Assembly: GCA_964057225.1 (NCBI GenBank)
Contig: CAXKVF010000078.1
Span: 1-64,000 of the forward strand
From: Auanema rhodensis
Taxonomy: Eukaryota; Animalia; Nematoda
Direction: 5' to 3'
Length of the DNA stretch: 64,000 nt
A program made the position numbers and the translations under genes. Positions within the stretch are counted from its first letter, which is position 1. Each line of letters starts with the position of its first letter. The notes under the pieces are model-generated. The model had not been told where the DNA came from. It saw nothing but the letters and a program-made list of their open reading frames with translations, and made no database searches. Shown piece by piece: positions 55,501 through 64,000 of the stretch.

Positions 55501-58500
55501 CTCTTTATCTTTCACGTGAAGCGAGTTACATACCAAGTGCACATCACGTGTTCATTTAATTAGCATAAATTAAAGTTCACGTAAATTTCAAAGTCATGGT
55601 TACCATGAAGCAATATCAATAAAAATTTGTTTTTAGACTAATATGGACATGGGGAATCTAATTTTGAAAACCGCATCTCTTTATCTTTCACGTGAAGCGA
55701 GTTACATACCAAGTGCACATCACGTGTACATTTAATTAGCATAAATTAAAGTTCACGTAAATTTCAAAGTCATGGTTACCATGAACCAATATCAATAAAA
55801 ATTTGTTTTTAGACTAATATGGACATGGGGAATCTAATTTTGAAAACCGCATTTCTTTATCTTTCACGTGAAGCGAGTTACATACCAAGTGCACATCACG
55901 TGTACATTTAATTAGCATAAATTAAAGTTCACGTAAATTTCAAAGTCATGGTTACCATGAACCAATATCAATAAAAATTTGTTTTTAGACTAATATGGAC
56001 ATGGGGAATCTAATTTTGAAAACCGCATCTCTTTATCTTTCACGTGAAGCGAGTTACATACCAAGTGCACATCACGTGTACATTTAATTAGCATAAATTA
56101 AAGTTCACGTAAATTTCAAAGTCATGGTTACCATGAACCAATATCAATAAAAATTTGTTTTTAGACTAATATGGACATGGGGAATCTAATTTTGAAAACC
56201 GCATTTCTTTATCTTTCACGTGAAGCGAGTTACATACCAAGTGCACATCACGTGTACATTTAATTAGCATAAATTAAAGTTCACGTAAATTTCAAAGTCA
56301 TGGTTACCATGCACCAATATCAATAAAAATTTGTTTTTAGACTAATATGGACATGGGGAATCTAATTTTGAAAACCGCATCTCTTTATCTTTCACGTGAA
56401 GCGAGTTACATACCAAGTGCACATCACGTGTACATTTAATTAGCATAAATTAAAGTTCACGTAAATTTTAAAGTCATGGTTACCATGAACCAATATCAAT
56501 AAAAATTTGTTTTTAGACTAATATGGACATGGGGAATCTAATTTTGAAAACCGCATCTCTTTATCTTTCACGTGAAGCGAGTTACATACCAAGTGCACAT
56601 CACGTGTACATTTAATTAGCATAAATTAAAGTTCACGTAAATTTCAAAGTCATGGTTACCATGAACTAATATCAATAAAAATTTGTTTTTAGACTAATAT
56701 GGACATGGAGAATCTAATTTTGAAAACCGCATCTCTTTATCTTTCACGTGAAGCGAGTTACATACCAAGTGCACATCACGTGTACATTTAATTAGCATAA
56801 ATTAAAGTTCACGTAAATTTCAAAGTCATGGTTACCATGAACCAATATCAATAAAAATTTGTTTTTAGACTAATATGGACATGGGGAATCTAATTTTGAA
56901 AACCGCATCTCTTTATCTTTCACGTGAAGCGAGTTACATACCAAGTGCACATCACGTGTTCATTTAATTAGCATAAATTAAAGTTCACGTAAATTTCAAA
57001 GTCATGGTTACCATGAAGCAATATCAATAAAAATTTGTTTTTAGACTAATATGGACATGGGGAATCTAATTTTGAAAACCGCATTTCTTTATCTTTCACG
57101 TGAAGCGAGTTACATACCAAGTGCACATCACGTGTACATTTAATTAGCATAAATTAAAGTTCACGTAAATTTTAAAGTCATGGTTACCATGAACCAATAT
57201 CAATAAAAATTTGTTTTTAGACTAATATGGACATGGGGAATCTAATTTTGAAAACCGCATCTCTTTATCTTTCACGTGAAGCGAGTTACATACCAAGTGC
57301 ACATCACGTGTACATTTAATTAGCATAAATTAAAGTTCACGTAAATTTCAAAGTCATGGTTACCATGAACTAATATCAATAAAAATTTGTTTTTAGACTA
57401 ATATGGACATGGAGAATCTAATTTTGAAAACCGCATCTCTTTATCTTTCACGTGAAGCGAGTTACATACCAAGTGCACATCACGTGTACATTTAATTAGC
57501 ATAAATTAAAGTTCACGTAAATTTCAAAGTCATGGTTACCATGAACCAATATCAATAAAAATTTGTTTTTAGACTAATATGGACATGGGGAATCTAATTT
57601 TGAAAACCGCATCTCTTTATCTTTCACGTGAAGCGAGTTACATACCAAGTGCACATCACGTGTTCATTTAATTAGCATAAATTAAAGTTCACGTAAATTT
57701 CAAAGTCATGGTTACCATGAAGCAATATCAATAAAAATTTGTTTTTAGACTAATATGGACATGGGGAATCTAATTTTGAAAACCGCATTTCTTTATCTTT
57801 CACGTGAAGCGAGTTACATACCAAGTGCACATCACGTGTACATTTAATTAGCATAAATTAAAGTTCACGTAAATTTCAAAGTCATGGTTACCATGCACCA
57901 ATATCAATAAAAATTTGTTTTTAGACTAATATGGACATGGGGAATCTAATTTTGAAAACCGCATCTCTTTATCTTTCACGTGAAGCGAGTTACATACCAA
58001 GTGCACATCACGTGTACATTTAATTAGCATAAATTAAAGTTCACGTAAATTTCAAAGTCATGGTTACCATGAAGCAATATCAATAAAAATGTGTTTTTAG
58101 ACTAATATGGACATGGGGAATCTAATTTTGAAAACCGCATCTCTTTATCTCTCACGTGAAGCGAGTTACATACCAAGTGCACATCACGTGTACATTTAAT
58201 TAGCATAAATTAAAGTTCACGTAAATTTCAAAGTCATGGTTACCATGAACCAATATCAATAAAAATTTGTTTTTAGACTAATATGGACATGGGGAATCTA
58301 ATTTTGAAAACCGCATCTCTTTATCTTTCACGTGAAGCGAGTTACATACCAAGTGCACATCACGTGTACATTTAATTAGCATAAATTAAAGTTCACGTAA
58401 ATTTCAAAGTCATGGTTACCATGAACCAATATCAATAAAAATTTGTTTTTAGACTAATATGGACATGGGGAATCTAATTTTGAAAACCGCATCTCTTTAT

Positions 58501-61500
58501 CTTTCACGTGAAGCGAGTTACATACCAAGTGCACATCACGTGTACATTTAATTAGCATAAATTAAAGTTCACGTAAATTTCAAAGCCATGGTTACCATGA
58601 ACCAATATCAATAAAAATTTGTTTTTAGACTAATATGGACATGGGGAATCTAATTTTGAAAACCGCATCTCTTTATCTTTCACGTGAAGCGAGTTACATA
58701 CCAAGTGCACATCACGTGTACATTTAATTAGCATAAATTAAAGTTCACGTAAATTTCAAAGTCATGGTTACCATGAACCAATATCAATAAAAATTTGTTT
58801 TTAGACTAATATGGACATGGGGAATCTAATTTTGAAAACCGCATCTCTTTATCTTTCACGTGAAGCGAGTTACATACCAAGTGCACATCACGTGTACATT
58901 TAATTAGCATAAATTAAAGTTCACGTAAATTTCAAAGTCATGGTTACCATGAACCAATATCAATAAAAATTTGTTTTTAGACTAATATGGACATGGGGAA
59001 TCTAATTTTGAAAACCGCATCTCTTTATCTTTCACGTGAAGCGAGTTACATACCAAGTGCACATCACGTGTACATTTAATTAGCATAAATTAAAGTTCAC
59101 GTAAATTTCAAAGTCATGGTTACCATGAAGCAATATCAATAAAAATTTGTTTTTAGACTAATATGGACATGGGGAATCTAATTTTGAAAACCGCATCTCT
59201 TTATCTTTCACGTGAAGCGAGTTACATACCAAGTGCACATCACGTGTACATTTAATTAGCATAAATTAAAGTTCACGTAAATTTCAAAGTCATGGTTACC
59301 ATGAACCAATATCAATAAAAATTTGTTTTTAGACTAATATGGACATGGGGAATCTAATTTTGAAAACCGCATTTCTTTATCTTTCACGTGAAGCGAGTTA
59401 CATACCAAGTGCACATCACGTGTACATTTAATTAGCATAAATTAAAGTTCACGTAAATTTCAAAGTCATGGTTACCATGAACCAATATCAATAAAAATTT
59501 GTTTTTAGACTAATATGGACATGGGGAATCTAATTTTGAAAACCGCATCTCTTTATCTTTCACGTGAAGCGAGTTACATACCAAGTGCACATCACGTGTA
59601 CATTTAATTAGCATAAATTAAAGTTCACGTAAATTTCAAAGTCATGGTTACCATGAACCAATATCAATAAAAATTTGTTTTTAGACTAATATGGACATGG
59701 GGAATCTAATTTTGAAAACCGCATCTCTTTATCTTTCACGTGAAGCGAGTTACATACCAAGTGCACATCACGTGTACATTTAATTAGCATAAATTAAAGT
59801 TCACGTAAATTTCAAAGTCATGGTTACCATGAACCAATATCAATAAAAATTTGTTTTTAGACTAATATGGACATGGGGAATCTAATTTTGAAAACCGCAT
59901 CTCTTTATCTTTCACGTGAAGCGAGTTACATACCAAGTGCACATCACGTGTACATTTAATTAGCATAAATTAAAGTTCACGTAAATTTCAAAGTCATGGT
60001 TACCATGAACCAATATCAATAAAAATTTGTTTTTAGACTAATATGGACATGGGGAATCTAATTTTGAAAACCGCATCTCTTTATCTTTCACGTGAAGCGA
60101 GTTACATACCAAGTGCACATCACGTGTACATTTAATTAGCATAAATTAAAGTTCACGTAAATTTCAAAGTCATGGTTACCATGAACCAATATCAATAAAA
60201 ATTTGTTTTTAGACTAATATGGACATGGGGAATCTAATTTTGAAAACCGCATCTCTTTATCTTTCACGTGAAGCGAGTTACATACCAAGTGCACATCACG
60301 TGTACATTTAATTAGCATAAATTAAAGTTCACGTAAATTTCAAAGTCATGGTTACCATGAACCAATATCAATAAAAATTTGTTTTTAGACTAATATGGAC
60401 ATGGGGAATCTAATTTTGAAAACCGCATCTCTTTATCTTTCACGTGAAGCGAGTTACATACCAAGTGCACATCACGTGTTCATTTAATTAGCATAAATTA
60501 AAGTTCACGTAAATTTCAAAGTCATGGTTACCATGAAGCAATATCAATAAAAATTTGTTTTTAGACTAATATGGACATGGGGAATCTAATTTTGAAAACC
60601 GCATCTCTTTATCTTTCACGTGAAGCGAGTTACATACCAAGTGCACATCACGTGTACATTTAATTAGCATAAATTAAAGTTCACGTAAATTTCAAAGTCA
60701 TGGTTACCATGAACCAATATCAATAAAAATTTGTTTTTAGACTAATATGGACATGGGGAATCTAATTTTGAAAACCGCATTTCTTTATCTTTCACGTGAA
60801 GCGAGTTACATACCAAGTGCACATCACGTGTACATTTAATTAGCATAAATTAAAGTTCACGTAAATTTCAAAGTCATGGTTACCATGAACCAATATCAAT
60901 AAAAATTTGTTTTTAGACTAATATGGACATGGGGAATCTAATTTTGAAAACCGCATCTCTTTATCTTTCACGTGAAGCGAGTTACATACCAAGTGCACAT
61001 CACGTGTACATTTAATTAGCATAAATTAAAGTTCACGTAAATTTCAAAGTCATGGTTACCATGAACCAATATCAATAAAAATTTGTTTTTAGACTAATAT
61101 GGACATGGGGAATCTAATTTTGAAAACCGCATTTCTTTATCTTTCACGTGAAGCGAGTTACATACCAAGTGCACATCACGTGTACATTTAATTAGAATAA
61201 ATTAAAGTTCACGTAAATTTCAAAGTCATGGTTACCATGCACCAATATCAATAAAAATTTGTTTTTAGACTAATATGGACATGGGGAATCTAATTTTGAA
61301 AACCGCATCTCTTTATCTTTCACGTGAAGCGAGTTACATACCAAGTGCACATCACGTGTACATTTAATTAGCATAAATTAAAGTTCACGTAAATTTTAAA
61401 GTCATGGTTACCATGAACCAATATCAATAAAAATTTGTTTTTAGACTAATATGGACATGGGGAATCTAATTTTGAAAACCGCATCTCTTTATCTTTCACG

Positions 61501-64000
61501 TGAAGCGAGTTACATACCAAGTGCACATCACGTGTACATTTAATTAGCATAAATTAAAGTTCACGTAAATTTCAAAGTCATGGTTACCATGAACTAATAT
61601 CAATAAAAATTTGTTTTTAGACTAATATGGACATGGAGAATCTAATTTTGAAAACCGCATCTCTTTATCTTTCACGTGAAGCGAGTTACATACCAAGTGC
61701 ACATCACGTGTACATTTAATTAGCATAAATTAAAGTTCACGTAAATTTTAAAGTCATGGTTACCATGAACCAATATCAATAAAAATTTGTTTTTAGACTA
61801 ATATGGACATGGGGAATCTAATTTTGAAAACCGCATCTCTTTATCTTTCACGTGAAGCGAGTTACATACCAAGTGCACATCACGTGTACATTTAATTAGC
61901 ATAAATTAAAGTTCACGTAAATTTCAAAGTCATGGTTACCATGAACCAATATCAATAAAAATTTGTTTTTAGACTAATATGGACATGGGGAATCTAATTT
62001 TGAAAACCGCATCTCTTTATCTTTCACGTGAAGCGAGTTACATACCAAGTGCACATCACGTGTTCATTTAATTAGCATAAATTAAAGTTCACGTAAATTT
62101 CAAAGTCATGGTTACCATGAAGCAATATCAATAAAAATTTGTTTTTAGACTAATATGGACATGGGGAATCTAATTTTGAAAACCGCATCTCTTTATCTTT
62201 CACGTGAAGCGAGTTACATACCAAGTGCACATCACGTGTACATTTAATTAGCATAAATTAAAGTTCACGTAAATTTCAAAGTCATGGTTACCATGAACCA
62301 ATATCAATAAAAATTTGTTTTTAGACTAATATGGACATGGGGAATCTAATTTTGAAAACCGCATTTCTTTATCTTTCACGTGAAGCGAGTTACATATCAA
62401 GTGCACATCACGTGTACATTTAATTAGCATAAATTAAAGTTCACGTAAATTTCAAAGTCATGGTTACCATGAACCAATATCAATAAAAATTTGTTTTTAG
62501 ACTAATATGGACATGGGGAATCTAATTTTGAAAACCGCATCTCTTTATCTTTCACGTGAAGCGAGTTACATACCAAGTGCACATCACGTGTACATTTAAT
62601 TAGCATAAATTAAAGTTCACGTAAATTTCAAAGTCATGGTTACCATGAACCAATATCAATAAAAATTTGTTTTTAGACTAATATGGACATGGGGAATCTA
62701 ATTTTGAAAACCGCATTTCTTTATCTTTCACGTGAAGCGAGTTACATACCAAGTGCACATCACGTGTACATTTAATTAGCATAAATTAAAGTTCACGTAA
62801 ATTTCAAAGTCATGGTTACCATGCACCAATATCAATAAAAATTTGTTTTTAGACTAATATGGACATGGGGAATCTAATTTTGAAAACCGCATCTCTTTAT
62901 CTTTCACGTGAAGCGAGTTACATACCAAGTGCACATCACGTGTACATTTAATTAGCATAAATTAAAGTTCACGTAAATTTTAAAGTCATGGTTACCATGA
63001 ACCAATATCAATAAAAATTTGTTTTTAGACTAATATGGACATGGGGAATCTAATTTTGAAAACCGCATCTCTTTATCTTTCACGTGAAGCGAGTTACATA
63101 CCAAGTGCACATCACGTGTACATTTAATTAGCATAAATTAAAGTTCACGTAAATTTCAAAGTCATGGTTACCATGAACTAATATCAATAAAAATTTGTTT
63201 TTAGACTAATATGGACATGGAGAATCTAATTTTGAAAACCGCATCTCTTTATCTTTCACGTGAAGCGAGTTACATACCAAGTGCACATCACGTGTACATT
63301 TAATTAGCATAAATTAAAGTTCACGTAAATTTTAAAGTCATGGTTACCATGAACCAATATCAATAAAAATTTGTTTTTAGACTAATATGGACATGGAGAA
63401 TCTAATTTTGAAAACCGCATCTCTTTATCTTTCACGTGAAGCGAGTTACATACCAAGTGCACATCACGTGTACATTTAATTAGCATAAATTAAAGTTCAC
63501 GTAAATTTTAAAGTCATGGTTACCATGAACCAATATCAATAAAAATTTGTTTTTAGACTAATATGGACATGGGGAATCTAATTTTGAAAACCGCATCTCT
63601 TTATCTTTCACGTGAAGCGAGTTACATACCAAGTGCACATCACGTGTACATTTAATTAGCATAAATTAAAGTTCACGTAAATTTCAAAGTCATGGTTACC
63701 ATGAACCAATATCAATAAAAATTTGTTTTTAGACTAATATGGACATGGGGAATCTAATTTTGAAAACCGCATCTCTTTATCTTTCACGTGAAGCGAGTTA
63801 CATACCAAGTGCACATCACGTGTTCATTTAATTAGCATAAATTAAAGTTCACGTAAATTTCAAAGTCATGGTTACCATGAAGCAATATCAATAAAAATTT
63901 GTTTTTAGACTAATATGGACATGGGGAATCTAATTTTGAAAACCGCATCTCTTTATCTTTCACGTGAAGCGAGTTACATACCAAGTGCACATCACGTGTA
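52554..64000. repeat. 176-bp tandem satellite array, right arm (about 65 monomers), same orientation as the left arm
   Basis: Satellite resumes as ACGTGTACATTTAATTAGC at 52554. Monomer starts at 52714 and 63978 are exactly 64 x 176 apart. The array runs off the right edge of the window. Confidence 0.99.
52714..61730. repeat. Higher-order duplication with a 28-monomer offset (4928 bp) right of the LINE; boundaries approximate
   Basis: AATGTGTTT at 53163 and 58091, AAGCCATGG at about 53657 and 58585, TTTTAAAG at about 56468 and 61396, and GGAGAAT at about 56709 and 61637. Confidence 0.88.

Overview
Eukaryotic satellite DNA. About 59 kb of the window is one head-to-tail array of an AT-rich 176-bp monomer (about 32% GC, about 336 copies), with nested higher-order duplications and a 39-bp deletion allele present four times. 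The array is interrupted once by an apparently intact, full-length non-LTR retrotransposon of about 5.0 kb on the + strand (47584-52553). It is an APE-endonuclease/RT element, most like the CR1/L2 group. It has a 21 x 18-bp GC-rich minisatellite at its 5' end, a pyrimidine-rich leader, overlapping ORF1 and ORF2, a 3' UTR of about 490 bp and no poly(A) tail. Three observations together suggest the element may target this satellite. (i) It sits inside the ATCACGTG palindrome of a monomer. (ii) Its 5' junction carries an extra copy of the 21-23 bp of satellite just upstream of the site. (iii) Its 3' UTR holds a colinear two-part near-copy of the insertion site in a region that can form hairpins. 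With a single insertion visible, targeting and any RNA-guide role are hypotheses only. The host cannot be identified from this window; a nematode or other invertebrate is a tentative guess.
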